Assembly (NCBI GenBank): GCA_037379345.1
Contig: CM074513.1
Coordinates: 3,100,001-3,164,000 of the forward strand
Direction of reading: 5' to 3'
Source of the DNA: Perna viridis
Taxonomy: Eukaryota
DNA: 64,000 nt
Part shown: positions 25,163-37,400 of the stretch, piece by piece
Layout of the letters: each line of letters begins with the position of its first letter
Numbering within the stretch: the stretch's first letter is position 1
The notes under the pieces: generated by a model
The model's database searches: none
The model's input: only the letters and a program-made list of their open reading frames with translations
What the model was told of the DNA's origin: nothing
Position numbers and translations under genes: made by a program

Positions 25163-25599
25163 AAGACTGATAAAATATAAAAACAAAAGCTTAAAGCTTT
25201 AAAAAGCTTCAATTTTGAGGTGTGTCATGGGGTTAAATTAAAATAAACCCAAAAACTATCTAAGTTAACCCAGGTTAATAGGCAGGGGTACGTCCTTTTT
25301 CTTCAAAATAAGCAAAATATCTTCGCTTTACTACAAATTTTTATTTTGGACGGAACTTTGAATGCTTCTAACATGCTTGTAGAAGCCTCGAAATATCAGT
25401 GGCATAAACAAGAAAACAATAATGGGCTTTTGAAATAAATTACAAAGCACATAGCCATTTTTAGACAGCATCAAGCTAAGCAAAAGCACTTGCTTCCGCA
25501 TGGGTGTCTTCTCAGAGGTCCGCGTTCTAAACATAACTTCTCAATCAATGCCTACTTTCTGTTTCACTGATATTGAACTCCAAAGCATTAACACGCAAA

Positions 25600-26295
25600 A
25601 TGTCTGAAGACGCTGGCACTGAAGTTAAAAATGATACCGAAGCTACTGACGAAACAAAAACAGATGCGGTGGACGAGGAAAAATCATCAGAGACCGAGGA
25701 AAAACCTGCTCCCACGAAGAAAGCAAAGTCATCCAAGAAGAGCTCGAAGCCAGCTGCAGCCGCGACACCTAAAAACAAACCTAGCAAAAAGAAATGGAAG
25801 CAAGCTCCTGTGGGACATCCTCATTATAGAGACATGATCAGAGATGCTTTATCAAACATGAAGGAGCGTGGTGGAAGCTCTAGACAGGCCATCTTAAAGT
25901 ATATTATGGGAAATTATAAAATAAGTGTGGATGAGAAGTCTGCAAATAACCACTTGAAAATGGCACTCAGAGCTGGTGTAAAAAATGGAACTTTGGTACA
26001 AAGTAAAGGACAGGGTGCTTCAGGATCATTCAGACTTGGAGAAGCGAAACCAGGGATAAATAAAAAGAAGGCAACTTCTAATAAAAAGAAAGACAGTGCT
26101 GCTCCGAAAGAGAAAAAGACAAAGTCACCTAAGAAAACTAAAAAAGCAGCCTCTCCAAAGAAAGCAAAAAAGCCTAAAGAAAATAAAAAAGCTAAAACCA
26201 AAACACCAAAGAAGAAAGCTGCTGGTTCAAAAAAAGGAAAAGCTAAAGGGTCAAAAGCTAAGGCTTCAAAAACTGAAGAAAATAAAAGTGAGTGA
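25600..26295 (+). CDS. Linker histone H1 (H1.0/H5/H1-delta-like globular domain), 231 aa, intronless CDS
   Basis: HPHYRDMI..L.ERGGSSRQAILKYI..NY..LKMALRAGVKNGTLVQSKGQGASGSFRL winged helix; Lys-rich tail with SPKK/TPKK sites; ATG at 25600 in AAAATGT context. Confidence 0.95.
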   Translation: MSEDAGTEVKNDTEATDETKTDAVDEEKSSETEEKPAPTKKAKSSKKSSKPAAAATPKNKPSKKKWKQAPVGHPHYRDMIRDALSNMKERGGSSRQAILKYIMGNYKISVDEKSANNHLKMALRAGVKNGTLVQSKGQGASGSFRLGEAKPGINKKKATSNKKKDSAAPKEKKTKSPKKTKKAASPKKAKKPKENKKAKTKTPKKKAAGSKKGKAKGSKAKASKTEENKSE

Positions 26296-27989
26296 ACTCA
26301 GGATTAAATGCTCATGAATATTGTGTTCATATGGTACTGGTTCTAACCCAAGGAATATTAGAGTAGTGCAAATGTGTTGTGTTGAGGGTTTCTTTGCCAT
26401 TGACAATTAATTGTTGTGACATTTGTGTAATAGCATCCATTCAAAATGGAATTTTACATGTATATGAAGTGTAATTGCGTGGATTTATGAACATGAGAGT
26501 AAGCAATTATTGTAGAAAGTATAATATTATTTGTGTGATAAAATCAATTAAATTGATATAAACTGTTTCATGTATTTTTGTCTTTTAAGCATATTATTGT
26601 ATTGTACGAACACAAAGAGAAAAAACGAGTTCAGAAGTGCACAGGTCATTTTACGGTCACTGGACACTGGTCACTTTGTATACCAACACTATTAAATACC
26701 AGCATCCCTAGGGCCAGAACAACTACAATATTTCTATGTATATCATGCACACATTTGATGTTATTTGAGAGTATTTCAACAATATTTCATGGGCTTTTTC
26801 TATATTGGACGTCTGTAAATACAACAATATAAAAAAGATCCTAATCAGAATACCAATAGTTTCGTTATCAAAATTAAAATGCATTATATTTTATTCTTAA
26901 CATTAGATAAAGATTAATTAGAAAGAAAAAAAACCTATTACTTGTTTAAATCAATTTATGGAATTAAAAAAAGTATATGATTAAATTCGATACACACACA
27001 ATAAATCTAACTTCGGTCATAGACTTCTCGGGGAAACAATGGCATCAAGAGCAAGCAATGTAAAGAGAGATAACTCTATAACTTTTGGATATATTGTTAC
27101 ATCCACATAAGTTGTTTTTTTTTTTATACTTTTAGGTAATCTTCAAGTACACAGGATTTACTGAAGTAAAAATTGTTTGTTTTTTTTTCAATTATACCCT
27201 GGCTTAGCATTTAAAAAAATATTTGGCACTTCAGAGATTTGAAAGGGAGTCATGGGCTATTGTTTGTCTATTTATTCTACCTCAAAATGCATGCAAGTTC
27301 AGAAAATTTTTAAAAGGCAGGGTCCAAAAACTGGAACAACCCTCTTGATGTAGATCCTATATCTGTCGCAGTTGCTGATAAAAAAAAAACTATCATAGGA
27401 CTAGCTTTATTCCAAGATTTTGAGAGAATTATTTTAAACTGCAGATTATACACAGTTATATTTGTTTTACTTTGTTCTCTTAAAATGATTGGGTTTTACG
27501 AGTGCTGACTTCATTTTATTTGAAACATTATATAATGACAAGGACCATACTTGCAAAAAGGGGGGTAACTCTAAAACTGCAAATTAGGTACATATTTTGT
27601 GATATTACATTTTTTGAATTTACGTCTACGTGACTACATCATTTTTGTAGGGATAGGCAGTGGCATAGCTACAATGTGTTTCAAGAAGCAAAATCTTCGA
27701 CATGCCTGCAATATAAACCAATGGAAATAAATCTTCCACCTTTTCTGAGATTCGAAAAGCCTCCAAACTGATTTGGCCCTGGCTTTGCTATTAACAGGGA
27801 AACAGAAGTAAGAAACCTTTGATATTATTTCAGTTCAAAGAATGAAGGTGTCAATTATGAGAAGGCCTACTTAATATTGTCAATTAGTTATTATGTAAAT
27901 CAGTTTATTTCAGTCAATTAAGGTAGTAGGTAGAATATTCAGGTTGGCGTAAGAATAGCCTTATTATAAACACAAGTAGTCCCCAAAAA

Positions 27990-28230
27990 ATCTCTATCAC
28001 CAGGGTACTTAACCCTCGACTAAAAAATCTCTATCACCAGGATACCTAACCCTCGACTAAAAGAAACCACAATCACCAGGGTACCTAACCCTCGACTAAA
28101 CAAATCACAATCACCAGGGTACCCAACCCTCGACTAAACAAATCACAATCACCAGGGTACCCAACCCTCGACTAAACAAATCACAATCACCAGGGTACCC
28201 AACCCTCGACTAAACAAATCACAATCACAA
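27990..28230. repeat. 38-bp minisatellite, 6 copies
   Basis: Unit CACCAGGGTACCCAACCCTCGACTAAACAAATCACAAT; starts at 27998, 28035, 28074, 28112, 28150, 28188. Confidence 0.95.
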
Positions 28231-29069
28231 TCAAGAAGAGTTACAACACAGCAAATATGTAAGAAGGAAATAAAAAACAAAGCAGAGGAGGCCAAGGTCA
28301 GAAGTTCTTTTTTGAAAGGATAAAACAGAACATAATAAAAAAAACACCCCACAAAAATGAAGGATGCTGGAGCTTGCTGGCTACTCTGTAATTCGGGTGG
28401 AGGAACGGAATTCATACCTTCTATGTTGTTGAAGAAATTTACACACATTTGTATCTTCTACTTTGAACAAGCATCACTTCTAAATACACAATAATTCTAT
28501 GCAAATACAAAACTTTGGTATGGTATTATTTTATTCAACAAAAAAGGCTATTAACAATAACAAAAGTAGTTTGAGTTATTCCCCTTTACAAATATATATA
28601 TATATGCGTACATAAACTACCCTCGTTCATTAATTGCACAAAGATGAAAAATCAAAAGATATAAAAATGCTGAACTAATTAATTAGTAATGACTAGTTTT
28701 GTTTTTAACATTCAAATATTCAAAGTAAATGAAAAAAAGATGAGAAGGCAAAAATATATATAAAAACATGTATTTTTACAAATGCCTTTTTAAGAATCAA
28801 ACCACTACTTTCAAAAGACTATTTTTTCCCATTGCATTGTTGTATAACCATAGTTTTTTAAACAGTTATGTATCGACTATGTTGCAGCATGTAGGTGTAC
28901 TTAAAGGTAATTCATTTTTAAAATTTCAAAATAATGTAATTATTACCAGTATGAATGTTTTCATTCACTTTTTTCTTCACAGCTTTATTTTAATTGGGAA
29001 TCATTTATGGTTTAAAAAAAAGATATTAAATGTCAAAATCAAAGGTAAAAGAATTGCAATTAACTGCGC

Positions 29070-29240
29070 AGCGGCAGATCCAAAGGGGTATGCAGGGGGT
29101 TGGACCCTCCCCCCAACCCCTTTTGCTGGAAAATTTGGTAGCTTCTGAGCAAAACTTGAAAAAAAATTGAGAAATCTATGGCATCAAACCCTTCTCTTTT
29201 TCTTGAAAGACCCTTTTCAAAAATCTCTAGATCCCTGCTT
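29070..29240. mobile_element. Short GC-rich MITE-like repeat (GCGG.GATCC termini)
   Basis: AGCGGCAGATCCA..GGGGG..CCCC..CTAGATCCCTGCT; similar ends at 41721-41925 and ~24290-24422. Confidence 0.45.
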
Positions 29241-31469
29241 ATTGTGGGAGTTTGAGGATGCACCAAAGGGAGATATAAGATCTATAGGTTTATCAAATCA
29301 AAAAGACAGGCAATACTTTGGAATATGAAAAAAAAAATGAAAATTTTGCACTGCTGTAGCACAAGGTACAGTTGGTACAGTTCCAACTGTACCACAATTT
29401 ATCTGTGGAACAGAATACCTTTATCAAAAAAAGTTTCCTTATTTTGTATTTTTTATGTATAAAGTATAGTCCCTCTAAATTTCCTATCTTTTTGCAAACT
29501 ATAAAATATTACATCTTTTACATAATATTTCAACAAAAAATTAGATTTTGACTAAGTGATTTTGAGTGTCAGGGAACACCTAGAATTCAGGATTTTGCAC
29601 CGTTTGCCCCAGGACTTCTGGGAGCCTTTATTGGCCCCCTGACCCCATGTTGTATAGCCACTTAGCTTTGCATTGTCAAAAGGACACTTTGTGTCTCTGG
29701 GAACCATACCATTCATTCATAGTGTAAAATCATAACAGTGTAAAAACATGACTATAATCACTATGATACATCACTCCTGTTATTGTACTCATCACTTGCA
29801 AAGTGCTTTATAGTAATCATTCACACTTCCTTCTTTCCGCTACACAGTGGAATACACATCTCTTATCCATAATTCCACCTGTACAACTTAATGACATTGA
29901 ATGACACTTTCACAGGTCGTTATTTTATGTTCCAACTATACACATCTAATTTTAGATTTTAATATGTTTGTAATCAAAATTACTTGAAAACCTAATCAAT
30001 GACCTAAGATCTGCTCAACACCACATTTAAGGAATAGTAATCATTTGATCTATTCAGTCTAATGCAAAACACATGAAGTTGCAAACATTGTCATGCCACG
30101 TATACCCCAAGTCATACAGGAGTTGATATTGGAAACCAACCAAAATCACTACCAAATCTATATAAAACCTCACACCAAATTTGAAATCAATCCATCCAGT
30201 GGTAGCCAAGATTTTGTGACAAAAGTTTTCTCCGTCATTCCAAATAGTGAAAAAAGAAATAGGAAGTTGATATCAGACAAAAATCCCTGACCACATATGC
30301 CCCATATAACAAATTTGAAATCAATCCATCTCTTGGGAGCAAAGATGATTACAACAGAATTTGTATGGATGGAATGATGGACAGACAAACGAGGTGATTT
30401 TAAATAAACTGCCCACTCACTGAGTGAGAGTAAAAATATAAAAAAAAAATAACTGTACATTGTAAAATAGAATAAATGGTATTTTATTGTCAATACTAAT
30501 TTTATCACAGTTTACATCAGATAAGCATACCTGATTATTTTATTGGCCCAGTAAGTTTGCTGTTGCTGTCCTCAACATTTTTTACTTTTTTTGAAGCAAA
30601 GAAGATTCATTCTTAAAAAGTAACATTATTTGTTCAGTTGTAATAACCATAACAAGTATGTACATGTATTGTAGTTAGTATCTGTTGTGGATTTCCCTAA
30701 AATAGCAAAACATTGTTTTGTTTGGTATATTGTGAAGGCACTCTTCTGTATTAAATATTCATTATCAGAGTTAATTTGGCTTATCAAAAATCTCTGAATC
30801 CAAAAACATCATCTTTCCTCATATTGCTAGTGCTTAAGATTTCTCCCATTTTTATATTGAGGGGTGGGGGACTGGAATTATTTTGGAATAAAAAAATATT
30901 TCAAATTTGAGCAAAAAAAATCCCCCATTACTAAACAATACAGATTTTCAAACAAGATTTTTTTAACTCCAACTTCGGCTTGAAAAAATAATTAGTAATG
31001 TACTTTCGAGAATAAAATTTTTGTAACTAACATAAAATGAAAAGAAAATGGTCTGTGTCTAATCTAAATCTATTCACAGTGTTCTTTGCTTCATTGCTTG
31101 ATATTCTTCAAAAGAGAAATAAATGGTACAGTATTCCAAAAAGGGTAAGATGAAAATTAAGAACCTGATATAATTTTCGCATACACAAAATACTGCAAAG
31201 GGTTTCTGGCATGTGAAAATTCACCAAATTTGCTAATGAGCAGGCACAGTGGAAGCAGAAGACTGCCATGAAATTCAAGTTTTGATAGTAACAAATGTCC
31301 ACTATATCCAGCTCACAGTCCATCAGGAGCATTCCAGATACCTTCTCATATTACAAAGAACTGGTGTCATTCAACATATCTAATTTTGGTAAAAATTCAG
31401 TTTGACAGCTTTGGCACAATAGAGCTTTAATACACCACACTACCCAAACCAGTATTTCCGTAGACAAGA

Positions 31470-34400
31470 TTAAATCCACCAGATGACGGTCTGTATTGAG
31501 TGACTGGCATAAACTAAGTTGATGTAACCAAGATCTGGATAGTGTACTGATATAACTCCATCTTTCGATGACCTGTGTATTCCATGAAAAGAAATGTAGA
31601 ACAGTAGAAAAACTTCTAATTATACTTTACTTATAAAAAGGTTTTATTTTCTTCATATGCAAATTGCTTCCTGGCAAAATGCCTGTTAGAGGTCAGTAAA
31701 ATTGGTTTTGAAACAATAATTTACAAAAAAAAAAGTTTCTGGTAACATGTAAACAGATATGACAAATACATATAAGGTGAAGTATATATACATGTATATA
31801 TTAACTAAATAAATGAAGGATTTTTTGTAACGACACAGTTTTAATTTTTTAAAATTTTATTGTTAAGCCAGCTTTCACTGTATATATAAATCCAGCAAAT
31901 ACCATAAAATCAATGTTTAAAAAAAAATAAATTTGTATCAATCTAAATCTGTATAGGATACAAATGCGCAATTATTTGTTTACATTCTACCGGGAACTTT
32001 TTTACCCCAACATGGTACTGAGTACTGAATACAAGGTGGTACCTGATTGGTTGGATATGGCTTGAAATTTATTTTCATTTCAAAGCTTACCCATTTATGA
32101 TTGATTTTATTTTGGTAATAATTAATAAAATGTTATAGGGTTGAAATGATTTCTCATAAATGAAATCTAGGTGCTTCATTTTTTTTGCAGTGTATTTTGT
32201 GCTGAATTTTCAAGAGTCCATAACAACTGAAATTTAGGTCAACTTTTGCCGCATGACCATGTACTTTTTTTTTGTGCAAATAAAAAGTATGCTTTTCTAG
32301 TTTTAGGAACAGAAACTCATTTTCTGCTAATTTGTGTTGTTTTCTTGAAATTAATTTTCAAACTACATAGGTACCCTATGGAAAATGCATTACAAATAAT
32401 TGCGCTCTTGTATCCCATAATACCTGTTTAGTACAATCAAAACAATAGAGTTATCTCCCTGGTGAAATGCTGTAATTTCTAAATCTACAGTATCACTCCC
32501 CTGTATGTTAATTCTCTTTGATCCTGGCATGATAAATTTACTGCAAAATTTGAAGTGAAAAATTCTATAGAAGGCCATTTTTGACATTTGAAATAACATT
32601 CTACAACCATAACTTTTTTTCAGTCAAATGAAAAAAAAATGGACCAAAACAATACAGTTCTAACACAACTTAATTTATGATATCTATTTGGAGACAGAAA
32701 TGGAAAATATGATCACAAGTGCAAATGAATTAAAAGATATACTAGTTGTCTAGAATTTGCTTAGCCTATATTGCAAACATTTAATATATAACAAGAATTG
32801 ATATTGTGTGAATATGTTACGGTGACAACAACCCAAATGGAATAAAAATGTCAGCTCAAGACAACCCATTGTCATCAATGAACAACAAGGGAACTCTCAC
32901 ACCACCTGGCAGGCTGCAGCTGGCCCTAAAACAACATTATACATTGGTACATTTGCCCTTATAGGACTCCAGCAACATAAAAGTAATCTGAAAATGAAAC
33001 AAGGCACGCATGATAATATTCCATGGCCTGTTAACTGCATAGTTTCTTATTGATTCCTCATCATAATCGAAAAATTTTATTTTTATGCTCAAAATATTGT
33101 TTTGTCAAATCCTGTGAGGATACAACAAATACTAGTAGCCCTTTACAACAAACATGTACCACATAACATAACAGGAGCAATCTACCTTTAAAATACCTAA
33201 AATGGCCCATGGCATAAAACATGGGCTGCTTGTAGAATTCATCTTTTGCAACATTAACTATGTCAACAAAGTTCTTCACCCAGTTTGGACCACCTTCCAT
33301 GTCAAGGGCTATGTTCCAATCTGTCCATCCTGTTACCCAGTTGTTAACATCCTACAGTAGATTATTGACAAAAACTCCCATATCACTCATATGTCTGTTA
33401 CTACACATGTAAAAGATATAAAAATTACTTCACATGTAAAAAAAATAAAGAATAATACACATGTCAAAGATCATGTAAAAGTATTAATATTTGATCATTT
33501 TCCGCTATTTTCGTGATGAACATAAAAACATGAGAAATAACACATATGAAGTTGACTTTTAACACTGCATAATGCTTATCATTTTTTGAAACTGCAAAAT
33601 TGATTCCTGTAAATGAGTTCACTCAACTGAATATGCAAAAATAAGAAATTGCAAAATTTGATACACTTACAGTATGAAAATTACTACCTAAAACAGGAAT
33701 GAAAACCAAACAAATAAACTAACTTTATAAAAGCAAAAAACACATTGGAGGAAAAACATATCTGTTTCCTAAGAGAAAAATTACATTTAATTCTAAAAAG
33801 GATCTGAGCCACTCACACTATGAACTAGGCCTGAAAATTAGTAATTGTGTAACATCCAGCTTATTTTTTGTTATGGGAATGTAATCAAGCAAAAGAATCA
33901 TAAAACACAATCAAAATCCAACAGAAAAGAGTGAAGATTTTTAATTTCATGATTTAGTATGCTCCTTTTGTATTATTCATTAAAAAAAAATGTAAAGAGA
34001 GGCACCACTGGTGTTTTTTTAAGCAAAATTAAGACATTTCTTATCAAACGGCAGATTTGAGGCCCACCTCCTTTCCATATCACAAAAGATGACAGAATAA
34101 TAATATGAGCGTCAATACAAAAATAACAACCATATACATAGCAAATTTCATTATCCTGTACACAGTCATATTTCAAGAAGTAACATCTTATCAGCAGCAT
34201 TTAAATCAAATATATAAAGGAAGATCTAAATCAATAAATTAATTGAATACAAGAAGTACTCAAAATCAAAACTATCTAAATAGGAAACCAAATCCATCGC
34301 AGAGAGGTGATTTCTTTGCAATTCAGTTCAATACCTGAAAATAGCCAGTATAAAGATTTGGAAAGGCTTGGGATTTTAGTGTGCTTTTATGTGTTTGCAT

Positions 34401-37400
34401 TCAAAAACTCATAATGATAGAAAATTGTAAGTACAAGTACCTGTATAATATCATGAGCATAACTTTCTGCTCTCTCCCAGCTCCCAAGGAGGACTTTACC
34501 AAAAGGTAACAGGGAACCAGCACAAGCCTCTGTGGCCAATAAAAATTTGTCTGGAAATTTTTCATGTGTGCTAGTCAGAGCTACAACTGGAGTTAAAAAA
34601 TCCTCATACCAGTGTACAGCAATGCCCGATACATATTTGTAGGCATCAGGAGTGGAGAACACCTAAAATCAAGATGCTAGAAATACTGTATTACAGTAAG
34701 GCATTTTTGACTGAGAAAGAAAATAATCTAGTGAAATACTAATATTATGTGCAGCTGTCCTAAACAAACATTAGCAACACTAATATAATATTGCCAAGGA
34801 ATATCACAAAAACATACTGTATTCTTTGTATCTACCAAGTGTCGTGAAATTCGGTTGAGTAGTTTCAACATGGAGTCGTTACATTGCCAAAATGTGTGAT
34901 TAACAGGTGGGCAAGACAAAAAGAATAAGTCTCCACACCATATAAGGGAGAGATATTACAAAACTGAAGATAATACAAATTGTCAGTAGCTCATATTTCT
35001 TTTAAAATTCAATAAAATAAACAGTTTAAACATGATTTTTCATAAATGAAATTTATTGTATCTTGCGAGTTGTATGCCAGTTCATATATCTATAATCATA
35101 AGTCTGAATAACAATTTATTATCTAAAATTGAATGGATGTGAATTCTAAAGAAGGCATGTCTCTATGTATACTGATTGATAGCCACTATTTTTGTGAGGT
35201 GATCAGAAGTGTTTAAATAAAAGCTTGCTATTATTTTACTACATAAGAGCATACACTTAACTACATTAATGGCATAAACATTTGTGACCTGTAAAATTTT
35301 AAGGAACATTTTGCAAAATTTTGCACCAGTAAAATTACCCGCTTCACATTTTTTCTTTGGATTTTAAATACATATTTGATCATTTCACAGATATATAAAC
35401 ACAACATGTTAAACCTGTTCAGCCCAGTAGGGTAACAGAAATCTAGCATCATCTAAAATCATTAGCTTTACATGTTGGTATCCATACTTCTCAAGGGTGG
35501 GACCAAGATCTAAGGCAATAAAATCTCTCTGTTGTATGGCAGTCCAACCCATTGCTTGGAAGCTGAACTGTGGAATGTACCCATCAGTTGGTTCATTCTG
35601 GGCAGTTAAACCCCAAATATTAATACCATGCTCAGCATAGGCTTGTAAAAATCTATAAATAATGAAAAAATGTTTAATATTACTTTGATAAATTTTGACC
35701 AAAACAAAATAGCAATGAATATACACAATCAAAACTAATGCAGTTGATTGTCCATTATTGAAAGTTGAGAATTCCCCCAAAATTGAATTTTTGCATCTTT
35801 ACAATCTGATTCAATTTTCTAGAAATATATAGATATTGTGAAATTGGTTGCTTAAATATTGAATTGTAAATTCATTTCCTTCATATTGAGTTCTTCAAAA
35901 CTTCTGTATTTGGTACCAGCATATAACATCACCCAACACAGTAACTTCTTATGAAGAAAACTTAATGACTCTCTTTTAGGATTATATTGGCAAAAAAGTT
36001 CATTTAAACAGTAAAACAATCTTAGTTGTTTTGTAAAAAAATAAATACTAAGTATATATATATATTTTTTATCAGTGCAAATGAAATTTACTTGACAAAA
36101 TAATGAGCCCAGGTTTTATAATATTTCCCTCCAGGAGCCCCTATCAATGTACCATTTCCAGTCATATTCTGGTTAGTTTTCATCCAAGCTGGGGCACTCC
36201 AAGGGCTGCCAAATAAAGTAATGTTTCTCCTGCTCAATTTCTGTGCTGCTTTGATGAAGGGAATCTGTAAAATGAATACTTCTTTATTTGTTTCAAATCT
36301 ATTAACAGCTTATATCTATCTCATAAAATTAGCTAGAATAAGATACAAACAATAAGAAAGCTAGCTAAATGAATAGCCCTGCTCAACTGCACCTAATTCA
36401 GGTAAGGTTACAACCCAGGTGTGTCAATAGAAACCATCAACCAGTAAAATAGAATGGCTACTCTATTTTAAAAAAATTGATGAACTCTTGCAAAATTTTA
36501 CCTGCCACTTTTTCTTTTTTGTTCCTGCTATTTAAAATACTACTGACATCCCTGTTACCTCATTATCATCCTTCATATGATCCCTATTAACATTTTAACA
36601 GAATTTACCATGGAGCAGCAAAGGAGTTGCACTTACAAAATACTGTAAAGATACTAATTTTCACTATTTTCATGGTGGGCAGAAAACCGCGAAAAACTAC
36701 CTGAGAAATTAATTTTGAACACTATACATGTGTATTGCGCTCATCATTTTTTTAAAACCGCCAAAATTGACACCCATTAATATGTTCATTTGGCATAAAC
36801 CACGAAAATTAATATGTTTACAGTACTGACGTGTAATACCTTTAAGTTATATTATCACTAATATTATCTATCTTCATTTCCTACACCTCTAGATATCTTA
36901 TCTTGCTAGAAGATTTCATAAAAAACCATTGAGCTCTGAAGGAAGAGTTGTGCTTACAAGATGTAAGGACATATGAACAGATGAACAGAGTTGTAAATTT
37001 TTATTGCTTGTTTGTGAGAGTTTTTTAAAAAATTTTTATCATGTGATAGGTTGATGATGATCGAAGAAAATATGGGGTCAAGGCAATCACAAATCATGCA
37101 ATACGAATAAAAAAAGCATATGTATATACCAGTTATCATTGGACATCTTAACTTAATCAGAAGCAAACTTGAATAAGAAAATGAAGCTGAACGACAAGGA
37201 TCTAAAACCCAAGTCTCAGGGAAAATGGGAATCATAATTTATAACCATACTTTATATTTCAGATCCTCCAAGGCCACTGTAAAATTTTGTAACATGAAAT
37301 CTCCTGAATGGTCATCATAAGAGTATGGTCTGGTGGAGAAATCACAGCTAGCCATTGGTATTCTACCTAGGGTATACTCTATACCTGTTAGACACAGAAA

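Noticed and set aside
25545-26317. Hydrophobic antisense and alternative-frame ORFs over H1
   Set aside because: Shadows of Lys/Ala-rich codons in the H1 frame.
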